A stretch of DNA of 64,000 nucleotides from contig OX597816.1 of assembly GCA_951406725.2 (NCBI GenBank), positions 43,648,001 through 43,712,000 of the forward strand, in the 5' to 3' direction. Below the pieces are notes generated by a model. The model saw nothing but the letters and a program-made list of their open reading frames with translations, searched no databases and was not told the origin of the DNA. The DNA comes from Octopus vulgaris. Taxonomy: Eukaryota. The stretch's first letter is position 1; every line of letters begins with the position of its first letter. This document shows, piece by piece, positions 26,286 through 38,774 of this stretch. The translations under genes and the position numbers were made by a program.

Positions 26286-26323
26286 TCTTTTGTTAAATTT
26301 CTGCTGCTTTTAAATAAAGTATA

Positions 26324-26722
26324 TGGAGTGGCTGAGTGGTAAGTAGCTTGCTTACCAACCGCATGGTTCCGGCTTCAGTCCCACTGCGTGGCACCTTCGG
26401 CAAGTGTCTTCTACTATAGCCTCGGGCCGACCAAAGCCTTGTGAGTAGATTTGGTAGACGGAAACTGAAAGAAGCCCGTCGTATATATGTATATATATAT
26501 GTGTGCGTGTATGTTTGTGTGTCTGTATTTGTCCCCCTAGCATTGCTTGACAACCGATGCTGGTGTGTTTATATCCCCGTCACTTAGCGGTTCGGCAAAA
26601 GAGACTGATAGAAGAAGTACTGGGCTTACAATGAATAAATCCCGGGGTCAAGTTGCTCGATTAAAGGCGGTGCTCCAGCATGGCCGCAGTCAACTGACTG
26701 AAACAAGTAAAAGAGTAAAGAG
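26324..26722 (+). mobile_element. SINE family A, full length
   Basis: Near-identical to 8440-8842. Confidence 0.92.
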
Positions 26723-28479
26723 TATATATATATATATATATATATATTGCTTTTCTTTGTTTTATAATTTGAATTTTGTGCTCAGTGTAAATATATTTAT
26801 GAAGCTTAACTATGTTTATATAACTTTGTATATCCATACCTGTTCGATTTGGATTTTATCAACAGCTAGTCTGGACGATGTGGGCTTTCTTTTGGATGAA
26901 TTCGCAATTGAAGTTCACAGTCAAGTGAGCACGCCTGTGTGTTGTCTATCTATACTGAGCTTATTTGACACTCGGCAACTGACCGTACACTCACACACAC
27001 ACACACACACATACATCAAGTGTTGGCATATATGCTTACAACGTAAAATCATCTAATAATGCTCAAATCGTTCGCAGAATTAGTTCAGACTTTGACTTTC
27101 ATTGTATGAAACCATTCAGTCTATTCATTCCACCATCACACCATGAATCACCTTACTCTGTTCATTGAGAAGAGTTACTGGACGTTCCGTGTCCGTTGCT
27201 TTTGCCCTTAGCCATAAACTCTCGTCAAAACTATCATTCTTGCAGTTTGATTATTTTTCTTTTTTCCACGTTTGGTTTAACAGACTGTCAGCCACTATAA
27301 GGATGAATGTGTAGTTTTGTAGACTTTGTATATGATGCCACTGTTGCCGCGTTCTTTTTGATCTTACTTTCTTCCAAAATGTCCCTGGTTCCATTACTGT
27401 TTCAAGCGAAGTGTCAACCAACACTGCAACTCCGAAGTCACTGTTCATCGGCTGTAGATTGACGCACTGTTGGGAATCCAATTAATTATGGTGTAAATCG
27501 ATCACAATTTCCTTCATAAATATGTTCAAAGTACCTGTCTTTTTCTTTTTTTTTTTTTGCTTGTTAGCAATTTCTTGTTAATTGGAACCCTTTACTCGTA
27601 ACTCTTGTCACCAGTAAATGTATTTGTTAAATTTTAACTTTCTTGCTCACCTCCTACATGTTTTCTCTGCCACTTATATTACGCCATGTCCATTTTTTAC
27701 CTTCCAAATGTGGTGATTAAGAAATATCGTTGGCTTGTGTCTAGGTAGTATCCCGGTCTTTCATTTCCTCCAATTTAACTTCATGTGGCACCGGCTTGTC
27801 TATTTTCTCTTCGAATTTATCTCATCGTATACGTACAAGCACACACACACACACACGCACATTCGCACGCGTTCATATATAGATACATAAATTCCTAGGA
27901 ATTATCTAAAAAATTGCTTACGCGTACAGTACGCATTCATCTTTTTCTCACTGCGTATATATGCATGTGTGTACTTGTGCATAAATATATATTGTTCACA
28001 TATATTCGGACGAAAGAAGTGAGTGTAAGCAGGATTATTTAATGTACATAGAAAGAATTCATTTAGTTTGAATTCGTAAGTAGAAACACCTGCATAAATC
28101 TCTTTTAAAGGCAGAATACATCTCGTTGATTTCCAAACGAAATTGCGAAGCAAGCTATTCTGTTCTTGTCATGGAAACTACCCAAAATGGTTTGTTGATA
28201 TATCTATACATACCCTAAATATTCTATATGAATAGGCATACGTATATGTAAGTACACACCACACACACACACACACACACACTCACGCACATTTACACAT
28301 TTCTGCGACTCGATGACACGTTTACATATTCTCCTATTAATGTAACATCGGTAGCACAATCCCAACACATAAATGTCACACATATCTACATACATCAATC
28401 TGTATACAGTTGAAATTACTGTCTTAGCTCTATTTTCATTCACTTCCAATCTGCGTGTGCACAACAATGAAAGACTTAC

Positions 28480-28578
28480 TTCAGTTCTGGGCCTATTTCC
28501 GGTAAGCGATCTAAAGATGACGAATTTACGTGCAAGTGTTTTCTTCCGATTTAGCACTTCCCTATCAACGGATGTAAT
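28480..28578 (-). other. Candidate 99-nt exon (phase 0-0), ITSVDREVLNRKKTLARKFVIFRSLTGNRPRTE
   Basis: TTTTGCTAG| acceptor and GAA|GTAAGT donor; only one frame is open. A paralogous segment with the same splice signals lies at 25492-25588. No recognisable homology. Confidence 0.3.
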
Positions 28579-28980
28579 CTAGCAAAATGCATCTGGATTC
28601 ACTGACTTTAGACAAATTCGATCGATAGCAACAAGGAATTATTCAAAGAACCTTTGAACTTGTACAAATAGCGAGATAGTTTTTTTTTCCTTTCTCAGTG
28701 AACAAAAATCAAACTTGTTTTGCAAAATCCTTCAGTAATCTTTATATTCAATCTCTGCGTCGTATCCGGATACAGTGTGGGCAGGAATGAAGTCAATAAT
28801 ATTATATTATTTCAATAGTTACAGATTTATATTTGTAATCTCTTATGTTAACTAACATCTGTTACATGTAAGATAATATTGATTTATATCATTGGCACAA
28901 TGCCACATATTTGGAGTTAGTAGTGAATTGGATTCTATTGATAACTGCATATAACTGGTATTTAATTATTCAGTCTAAAA

Positions 28981-29320
28981 CAGTGGTTATCAACCAGGGA
29001 GCATATGGCCCCTGTGGATTCATATAAGATTTTGTGGAGGTCCATGCAACTAAGCAGTAAACTGAGGGTCAACGATACTATTTTAAGGACCCCTGTAACA
29101 ATTTTGCTTTAGGTATATGTGTTGCTCTGTATTGCAAAAAACAGCTAGGTTTGTTTCTTTAACATTTTGCGTAGTTCAGCCTACACAGTATGATAAAGAG
29201 AATAGGAATTTTGAAAGAAGTATCTACAAAACTAGTTTATAAACACAGAATGGTTATGGGGGTCCACCGGAATAAGATAACAAAGGGGCACACGGATAAA
29301 AAAAAGGTTGAGATCCCCTG
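28981..29320. mobile_element. hAT (Charlie-like) MITE
   Basis: TIRs CAGTGGTTATCAACC and GGTTGAGATCCCCTG. Left flank GTCTAAAA fits the NTCTAGAN target preference; the right TSD is not clean. Confidence 0.8.
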
Positions 29321-29615
29321 TAAAGTAAATCGTACATCTATCTGAATTCGGCATGCAAGGAGACGTAGGACACATGAAAAAAAAAAAGACTACCGTGGAA
29401 TTCTACGATTGGTGGACTGTCGTTCTATTCTTTAGTTTCAGATGATTTTGAAATACTCTTCAGTTCACTTGTTTTAGCTGTTGTTATTGTTATGTAGATT
29501 GCGATTATTAAAGGACAGAACTCACTAGTAACGTTGCTTCCAGAGGGCCGGACTCCCTGTTCCCATGGCATATATAATCTCCACCTGGACGTGACGTCTG
29601 TCTGTCGCAGAATTA

Positions 29616-29740
29616 CTCATTTTTACCAGCTGAAGCGGCGTAAAATGAAGTGTTTTGTTCAACGCGTGGCCCTGTGCAGGAATCAAAACCACAATCTTAG
29701 GATCATGAGTTCAACATACTAACTACTAAGCCATGTGCCT
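29616..29740 (-). mobile_element. Diverged family C SINE head
   Basis: GGAATCAAAACCACAATCTTAGGATCATGAG...CTAACTACTAAGCCATGTGCC is the reverse complement of a tRNA head. Confidence 0.6.
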
Positions 29741-30220
29741 CCAGAGGACTCACTACTCTTTTGATAAATACTATCCTTCATCTAGGATAGGATACTGTCC
29801 ATCATATGGAATTGGGCGTTTCTTCTCTAGTTCACTTTCCCCCTATCTCTCACTCTGTCCTCTCCTCCTTTTTCCCCTTTGTTTCTCACATTTTTGTCTC
29901 TCTTTTCACTTCTGTTTATTTTTGTTTCTGATGAAAATCATGTCTGGGCCATCATGGAGAGCTAGGGATTCCTCCAAGTTGTAAAAACAAAAATATATCT
30001 CATATTACGATCTATAGTACGACGACGCACCTATGACACGATCGGAAGCTAAGGCCCTAAGACAAGGCGTGTTCAGGATGCTAATATATAGTAGTTTCTC
30101 TCGATATCCTTGTTGCTTATTCTGATTTTAATCACCACATTTTGAATTATATGGATAATACCATACTAAATTCTAGTGCCTTTAACTTAAGTACCATATT
30201 CAACTGAATCTAAATTTTAC

Positions 30221-30282
<62 letters not shown>

Positions 30283-31007
30283 GTGTTGTTCTCTTGAACA
30301 AATATGAGTTCTCTTCGATGGGAAAGTCCATTATATTGCCCTAACAAAATTTCGCAAAGTATTTCATATGAAAGCCAAGAACAATCTATTTTAAGGTTTT
30401 CATTGCCGACAAAATTTGTAATGTCATCTCATAATATTGTTGTTGTAGCCGACTATTTTAAAGCTAACCCATGTAAATGTAGCTTAGTCATATTGTTTCG
30501 TCATTGCTACGAATAACTTCTAAAAAATGATTTCTATTTTGAATGCAATATTTATTCAAAATAATTACAAGTAAAGATGTTTTGTCTGAAATAATCTTGA
30601 TAAATATAAGCGAAGAAAATAACTAAGAAACCGTTCCACGAACACTTTAAACTATAATTTATATAATTTCTTTCTTTACTTTTGTATTTTTTATTATATG
30701 TTTAGCCACCTTATATATATATGTATACTTTCTTTTCATTTTTATTCAGCAAATTGGTTCATGTTGATAATTGAAAATCTGTCAAAAAAGTCTTCTTTGG
30801 AAGAGATTTATAAGTCAAGACCGTTTCAGAAAATGACTTTACTTTGTTTTGTTTTTTTGTCTTTTTTTATTATTTTTTTCTCATTTTTAAATCTTAATTA
30901 ACAAAAGTACTTCAAAATGAATTTTCTAAAATCATAAAATGGATTTAACAGACAAAAGAAAATAATTGAATAACAATAATAAAATAATTGTCTATGTGGT
31001 AAGTATA

Positions 31008-31162
31008 GACGCAGGAGTGGCTGTGTGGTAAGTTGCTGGCTTACCATCCACATGTTCCCACTTCGTGACACTTTGGGCAAGTGTCTTCTACTATAGCCTC
31101 GGGCCGACCAAAGCCTTCTGAGTGGAATTGGTAAACGGAAGCTGAATGAAGCCCGTAGTATA

Positions 31163-31195
<33 letters not shown>

Positions 31196-31200
31196 ATGTA

Positions 31201-31236
<36 letters not shown>

Positions 31237-31427
31237 TGTATTTTCCCCCAACATCGCTTCACGGCCGATGCTGGTGTGTTTAAGTCCCCGTAACTTAGCG
31301 GTTCGGCAAAAGTGACCGATAAGATATGTACTAGGCTTACAAAGAATACATACTGGGGTCGATTTGCTCGGCTAAAGGTGGTGCTCCAGCATGGCCGCAG
31401 TCAGATGACTGAAACAAGTAAAAGAGT
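31008..31427 (+). mobile_element. SINE family A, full length
   Basis: GCAGGAGTGGCTGTGTGGTAAG...TGACTGAAACAAGTAAAAGAG. Confidence 0.9.
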
Positions 31428-32164
31428 AATGGTGTCTACCCAGGCACAGAGGCTGTTATGTAAGTGTGTAGCGTATAGTCAAAGCACTGACTGAGGAATC
31501 CTAAGGATATTTGTTATTATCCCCTCTGAAGTGGAGTACACAAAACACATACAAGTCGTTATAAAACAGACTTCTGATATTGTAGAAAAACAAGTTCCTA
31601 TTTTGAATCGTTTGAGTAAATGCATATTTCTCACATAAGCGTAGAATATGATCTTTAGAAAATAGAATGAGTGGCGTATGTAGTTTTCCTCAGCGAGGAA
31701 AATATGAACACGTTCTAATTGATTGTAATAGGGACATACGTGATTGAATCAATTTTTTTTGGGGGGCATATTTAGAGAAAAACGAAATGAAGAAAAATAA
31801 TGCGAGAAATGTTGGACTGTCACATGTGATACGAAATCATTTACTTGCAAAAGTATGTAAAATAGTTAACCTTGGTAAAATCCAGGGATTTCAGTGATTG
31901 TAAGAACACATTTTGTCATTTGAATTACGAATAACATTTACAATAATTGATTTTGACACAGATAGATGACCACAACATTGGTCTACTTCACTGGTACTTC
32001 ATGTTTTCGAAATGGGAATAATGAAATGCGAAGTTTTTCTCGGTGCGATTTGCTCTCCAGGAAGTTATGAATTGAAAATTATGCTAGAATCTAAAGACAG
32101 ACGAAATACCGCCAAGAATTTTGCCCAACGTACTAGCGATTCTGTCATAAATAACAAGTTATGT

Positions 32165-33226
32165 CCCCCAAGTGATTCTGTAATCTACGAAACAAATGGT
32201 TGTCTGAAAGAGCAAGGTCGGGAGAATAAGGTGGATTTATTTTTCCCAACCAAGCTCTTCGACCTTCTGTGATGTGATCTTTGCAGTGTGGGGTCGCGTA
32301 AAAACCAGATAAGACATCACTCCTTTTCGATTCACTAAAGCGGGTCTTTTTTTCTTCAAAGCTTGGTTCAAACACTCTAATAGCTGACAGTTGACTTGAG
32401 CATTGATTGTTGCATTAGGTGGTAACAATTCAAAGTGAATTACTCCCTTACAATCCCAACAGATAGAGTAAAGAATCTTTTCCCCATGAAGTTTCCTTCT
32501 CGGTTTTGGTTGAGCTTTTTCCCTTTTACCAAGCCACTGTTTACGACGTTTAACATTTCGATAGAAGATCCATTTTTCGTAACCAGTCACATGTCTATCC
32601 AAAAAGTGTGAAATGAATTCGCGAGAATGGCGAGAAGAGCAGATGTCAACTCGGGATTTGCTGTTGCTTTCGGATAATTCATGAGGCACCCATTTTCCAA
32701 GTTTAGGAACCTTTCCAAGTTGAAGATGACGATGAACAGTTGTATGGTTTGAACTAAGCTTTATTACCGATTCTTCTACTGATATTGCAGGATTTTCTTC
32801 AAGTAATACCTCAAGGAGCTTATCATCAAGCTGAACTGGACGTCCTGTTCGATCTTCATCTTCAAGGCTGGAATCTCTACTTCTGAATTTAATTTTGCAA
32901 ACCATCTTCTACAAGTTCTTTCTTTCAAGCATTCTTTCCCATAAACTGAGTGTATGTTTCGAGTTGCTTCGGCTGCAGAGTTTCCTTTTTTGTACTCATA
33001 AAACATTGTGTGCCTTAAATGATCTTTCGATATTTCCATGTTAGAAAGGGTTTTAATCAAATAAATTTTAATGCTATTATTCTGTAAAATAATATTTAAT
33101 TAGTTTAAATGTACACAAATGCATAAAAAATAATTTTAAATTCCATTAGATATTCTAAAATACTATTAAATTTCATTCAATTTTAAAAAAAGTGTAAAAT
33201 CGGACAGAACTTATGGGATGACCTGT
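32165..33226 (-). mobile_element. Mariner (DD34D, mellifera-like) transposon, frameshifted and 3'-truncated
   Basis: ATG at 33039: MEISKDHLRHTMFYEYKKGNSAAEATRNI (HTH), frameshift near 32895, WVPHEL, HVTGYEKW (first D to Y), FELLPPN, RPHTA, further frameshift, PPYSPDLALSDNHLF. 5' TIR TA|ACAGGTCATCCCATAAGTTCTGTCCGATTT at 33197-33228; 3' TIR absent. Confidence 0.93.
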
Positions 33227-33256
33227 TACATTACACACACACACAAATATATATGC

Positions 33257-33292
<36 letters not shown>

Positions 33293-33923
33293 ATGTATGT
33301 ATGTTTGTATTAAAAAGGAAAAAAAGCAACGGTTTGCATATTTTCTTTATGCATTAGAGAGAAAAGATCGGTTGGCTATATGAAGACGTTATAAAGATTT
33401 GGCTGTGGGAGATGTCACTAACACGGTGTCGTTTCATGCGGTTTGTTTATCTTGAATGGCTGACACGATATAAGTGAATAATAAAACTAGTTGAAATGTG
33501 TTGATGATTTGACATGTTTCTTCACCAGTATCTTTAAAAGAGACACTCTATTATAATATCACGAAATATATTCTTGCACAAACCTACGCTAACTATTGAT
33601 TTATTTATTTTTTTTGGTATGCTATATTATTGTTTCATCGTATCTGGTAGATGTTGTAAACACCTAATATGTGCTTTATCATTTTAAATCACTCATCTTT
33701 TTATCTAGCTCGTGCCATAGACGTCAAATCTCCAGCAGATAAAACTTGTCACCAAGTCATTAAAACGACAGAGGAATATAGTGATATCAAGTTTTAACAT
33801 AGAACTTCAGCAAAGAATGTGAGATGGGTAGATATATCATCCACTAGGTGCTGTTTTCTGGTTTAATCAGGAACCGAATTCGGTTCGGAAACCTGAAGTA
33901 ACTTGATTCTGCTCCCTAGACTT

Positions 33924-33965
<42 letters not shown>

Positions 33966-33973
33966 GATAATAC

Positions 33974-34206
33974 CTATTTCTTTATTACCCACAAGGGGCT
34001 AAACACAGGGTGGACAAACAAGGACAGACATAGGTATTAAGTCGATTACATCGACCCCAGTGCGTAACTGGTACTTAATTTATCGACCCCGAAAGGATGA
34101 AAGGCAAAGTTGACCTCGGCGGAGTTTGAACTCACAACGTAACGCAGACGAAATGCCGCTAAGCATTTCGCCCGGCGTGCTAACGTTTCTGCCAGCTCGC
34201 CGCCTT
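33974..34206 (-). mobile_element. SINE family B, full length, tail type 1
   Basis: Near-consensus copy with a short TAATACC duplication on both sides. Confidence 0.92.
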
Positions 34207-34279
34207 AATACCGGACTGACTTGGTGCCTCAGTTTACCTAATTCAACTGAATCTTAATTGTTTCTTATATATATATTCT

Positions 34280-34524
34280 TTCTTCTATTCTTTTACTTGT
34301 TTCATTCATTAGACTGTGGCCATAATGGAACACCACCACAAAGGGTTTACTCAAAGAAATCGCCCCCCAGGAACCATTCTTTGTAAACCTTGTACTTATT
34401 ATATCGGTATATTTTGCTGGACCGCTTTATTACGGGTACACAAAAACGCAAGCATTGGTTGTCAAGCGATGGCGGAGGGACAACCACAGACACATACGCA
34501 CACAAATACATACACACACACAGA

Positions 34525-34588
<64 letters not shown>

Positions 34589-34763
34589 ACACACACGCGC
34601 GCGCGACAGGCTTCTTTCAGGCTCTGTCAACTGAATCCACTCACAAGGCTCCAGCCGGTTCGAGGCTATAGAAGAAGAGACCTGCCCAAGGTGCCACGCA
34701 ATGGCCTGAACTCGGAACCCTGTGGTTGTGAAGAAAGCTTCTTGCTACTCATCCACACCTGCG
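34280..34763 (-). mobile_element. SINE family A, diverged, expanded internal (CA)n
   Basis: CTTTTACTTGTTTCATTCAT...CGACAGGCTTCTTTCAG...GCCCAAGGTGCCACGCA. Confidence 0.8.
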
Positions 34764-34783
34764 CATATTTCTCTATCTTTCTC

Positions 34784-35814
34784 TGAGGACATATCCTTTC
34801 TGGGTCATTACTGCATTTTTTGCTAACTCTGTATAATCTTTGATTCAGAAAATAATAATGGTAGACCCTCAGCTTACTCAAGAAATGAATAGGTACGCTG
34901 TTATTTTTGTTATAAAGAGTGAGCATAGCGATTTAGAAATATCTCGATTTTTAAAAGTTGCTAGATCTTTCGTCGACAAAGTTTGTAAGGAGCTAGAGAC
35001 TGAAGATCGAAACGTATCACCAGTATCAAAGCATAAAAATAATTCTAAACGCTCTGAAATCATCAGAACACCTGAAGTTATTCAGCAAGTTCAACAGACC
35101 AATTATTACAATCCCAGAAAGTCCATGAGGTCAATTGCAAAAGATTTCCATGTGTCAGAAGGAACAGTCAGAAATGTTGTCCGTGAAGACCTCAGATATA
35201 TAACAGAATTGTTAAGTGCAGATCCTTCTGAAGTTCCAAGTGTTATACATACAAAATTTCCTGCAACTGTCTTAGTTTTAGGGGTTGTCAGCAATGAAGG
35301 ACGTGATGCCTCCTTACTTCTTCCCACAAGGCCTTAGGGTTAACTCTGTCGCCTACATTGAGGTCCTGGAAATAATTATTAAGCCCTGGATAGACAATGT
35401 ATGCAATGGAAGCTCATATGTGTTTCAGTAAGACTCTGCACTATCACACATGGCTCTAGTAACACAGGAATGGATGGCTGAAAATGTTCATAATCCCTAA
35501 CATTTGGGCTGCTAATTCCCCACATCTTAATCTATTGGATTATTACATGTGGAGCATTGCTGAGAGATAGGTCAATGAATATGTCCATAACATCGAAGAT
35601 TTTTTGAAAGCTGCCATAGTCAGAGTAATGTCTAAAACGAACCAGGACCACTTGATTCGAGCATGTAGATGATTTAGATCTCATATAGAAGCAGTTGTTG
35701 AAGCTGAAGGTTTAATTTTATCATCATATTTTTTTATTAATAAACTTAATATGTGTTATTATATAGCTTTTTGTCAGGAACATAAATCTATCCTCAAATA
35801 TCTTACGCACCCTG
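34784..35814 (+). mobile_element. Tc1/mariner DD37D (maT-like) transposon, internally deleted pseudogene
   Basis: HTH (IRTPEVIQQV...NPRKSMRSIAKDFHVSEGTVRNVVREDLRY), a deletion covering the first D, KFPATVLVLGVVSNEG, then YVFQ*DSALSH and WAANSPHLNLLDYYMW (compare FQQDSAPAH and WPPNSPDLNPLDY). 3' TIR ...CTCAAATATCTTACGCACCCTG ends at 35814. Confidence 0.85.
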
Positions 35815-35820
35815 TGTGCG

Positions 35821-35851
<31 letters not shown>

Positions 35852-37282
35852 TTCTGCATTCATCTTTTGAATACTTCTATGCAAATTCTAATGGATAAAA
35901 CATGCTTCTGTAAACAGCAATGGAAGAAACATAGAAGACAAGAAGTTTATCAACATTTTTTACTACCCATATATTACCTGGATTTTTTAAACCCGAAATA
36001 ATCTCTTCATAACACATTTTATCAACCCGTGTGCGTTTTTTAAAAAATCGTTTTCTTTATTTCGTGCTACATTTCGCTTCTGTTTCTGATTAATTAATTC
36101 CCTTCACATTTCGTTACTGTTTCAGGCAACATTCTTCTATCGATAATCTTGGTTCTATTTTTGCATCCCTTTGCATGTATGATGTTTAAATAAGAAGAAA
36201 AAATGCAAGTGGCCTTTCACACACTGTGAAATACTGATACAGCACAGCAGTGTTTACAAGGTTCCATTAGTAGTTAACTTGGCGAGAAAATTGCTAGGAA
36301 TTAAAAAAACACTATATTCTATATGTATGTATGCATGCATGTATGTATGTACATGTATGCATGCATGAATTTATACGGGTGCACCAAATGTTGATCGGTA
36401 AAGAATTTAGATTTGCAATTCTAAAATCCCCGGCTTCATTCCAAACGTTGCATTTTGGCAATATTTTCACTATAAACAAAAATGAGCCAAGAGAAGTAAC
36501 TCAAAGTAGCCCGTGACATGTAACTCAGTAATACAAAAAAATACAGGTATTAGAAATATTATTTACCACGAATCCTTGATTTATTGAAATTATTTCCGCC
36601 TTTAGAGGATATATCGTAATTACTAAATGGAAATGAAGACCACCTCTTCCTGAGAAGGGGAGATATTTGCAAGAATTAAGAGTCCTGACGTTCCAATACC
36701 TGTCATTCCATTTAGTACAGACTTGTTGTATGGAGCTATAGCCTCGCTTCAAAACAAGAATTGTGAGTAAAATTGGTTTGACAGAGACTACGTAGAGATT
36801 TTTTTGGAAATATTGTAACTAGAGTTCAAAATATACTGCTTTGTTCACATAATGTAGCGCCTGTTCTGCTTGTAGAAATATGTTTGTGGAATACTGATCT
36901 ACTTCTCGATCTCATTCGATGAGTAATTTATTCCTTTGTAACTCCATACGTTTAAGTGTTAAAGTTGACGGTTCATACATACATACATACATACAACAGA
37001 CGGATAATGTATCAATTCGCCACAGCTGTTTCCAACGGATTTTTAATTGATTAATGGAGGTATTACATCATTAGAAAAATCCGTTTCCACCAGGTGATAA
37101 CATGGACCACGACGTTCAAAAACATTTAAAATCCAACGGGATGTGGATCTTCATGATTCTATGACCGCTGCTGGTCATAGAATGAATTTTTTTAGTTCTG
37201 TTTATTCGTATTACTTTTCGAACAAACACTGTGCCTTACCATCTAAGTACCTGATTCACTTGAATCCTGATCTATTATATAC

Positions 37283-37730
37283 ATCAGTGAAAAAAAGAAT
37301 ACCTACGTTCAACTATTGACAAATCTGCAGTTGCTCTATCCAGATTACAATTTCATGTTTATACCTGTAACTATTGGGGCCTTGAGATATGTAACACACT
37401 GTCTAAATACCATTCTTGAGAAATTAGGCTTCTCAAAACCAGAAAGGAGAAAGCTAATTCGAAGTCTACAGATCCAATCTATCACTGGAATTGTAAAAAT
37501 CTGTAAAACTTTCCAGAAGTTTATCATTTAAATATATATGAGCATGTTTAGATATTCAACTAAATGTATGAGAATACATACATAAAGCAAAACATGCAAA
37601 TCTGCTCGAATACATACATACATGCATAGAAAATTACCTCTTGTTGATGTCGAAATTCCAATGAAAGAACCTTGGATCTAGGTTAGAAACAGGCTCTTTC
37701 TCTATTGACAAGAAATCTTGAAATAAATGT
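37283..37730 (+). mobile_element. 3' end of an R4/Dong-like RLE non-LTR retrotransposon
   Basis: C-terminus EKKNTYVQLLTNLQLLYPDYNFMFIPVTIGALRYV...LEKLGF...LQIQSITGIVKICKTF* matches the RLE pattern (K..Y..L...IPVxIGALG). Followed by a 3' UTR with AATAAA and (CATA)n. Confidence 0.75.
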
Positions 37731-37847
37731 GAACATGGTCAGACAGACAGACATACATACATACATAACATACATACATCATTTTGGATCCTGTCGGTCG
37801 TGTTTATTAGCGCTCGGCATATAACTGGCTAGTGTATGCATTTGGAA

Positions 37848-38182
37848 TCTCTCTCTAACCGCTCAGTCGAAGTCGACTCTCGGTCACTCGTTGGACCAGT
37901 ATCCTCCAGTCAGTTCTGTCCTGGGCCGCTTCCTTCATACTGGCCATGTCCATTCCGGTATCACTTCTGATGGTGTCAAGCCAGCGGGTTCTTGGTCGGC
38001 CTCTTCCTCTCTTGCCACTAACCATTCCGAGCATGATGTCCTTCTCCAGGGATTCTCTCCGCATAATATGACCGAAATATGCCAGTCTACGCTTGTTTGA
38101 TCCCAGCTTCTAGCGACATTTTCGGCCTTATCTGCTTAAGAACTTCTCCATTGGTGAGCTTCGCTGTCCATGGAATCCGCAA
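37848..38182 (-). mobile_element. RTE-clade (BovB-like) LINE 3' end, 5'-truncated
   Basis: LRIPWTAKLTN...YFGHIMRRESLEKDIMLGMVSGKRGRGRPRTRWLDTIRSD...AQDRTDWRILVQRVTESRLRLSG*. The stop codon is followed directly by a short (AG)n tail. Confidence 0.9.
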
Positions 38183-38723
38183 AACGAATACTAATAGATT
38201 ATTATACCCCTAACGGGACCCGTGGAAACTCCACGAAATGAAAAATGTAAAAAGTATTTAACAAAGAAAGGATGATTTCCATTTTTATTGCATATAAATC
38301 TTATTGCTGCCTATGCAAAGGCTGATATAAAAATATCCAATAGCGATCATGTGTTAGTATTTAATTCTATTGAAACTCCGAGAACAATATATATACAGTT
38401 GAATATTCATTATTACGAAATAGTAGAATTCTATTACAAATTTTCAAAAACTAACATCCATATCTATTTTGCTAGGTTATTTATACTTCCATTATAATAT
38501 ATGATTTTAAAATTTTCCTTTACTGAACACACACACACACTCTCTCTCTACCTCTGTACCTCTCTACATTTTCAAAAAACTTAGCTATGTATGTCCCTTC
38601 TTCACCTCGTTAATACTGCTCTCTTTCTCTTCCTCTTCACCTCTCACTTCCACTAACCACGCTGTAGTTAGTGGTGGTGGCTATCTGCTACCTTACAGCA
38701 TGATTAGTCGAACTGGCTGTCTG

Positions 38724-38774
<51 letters not shown>

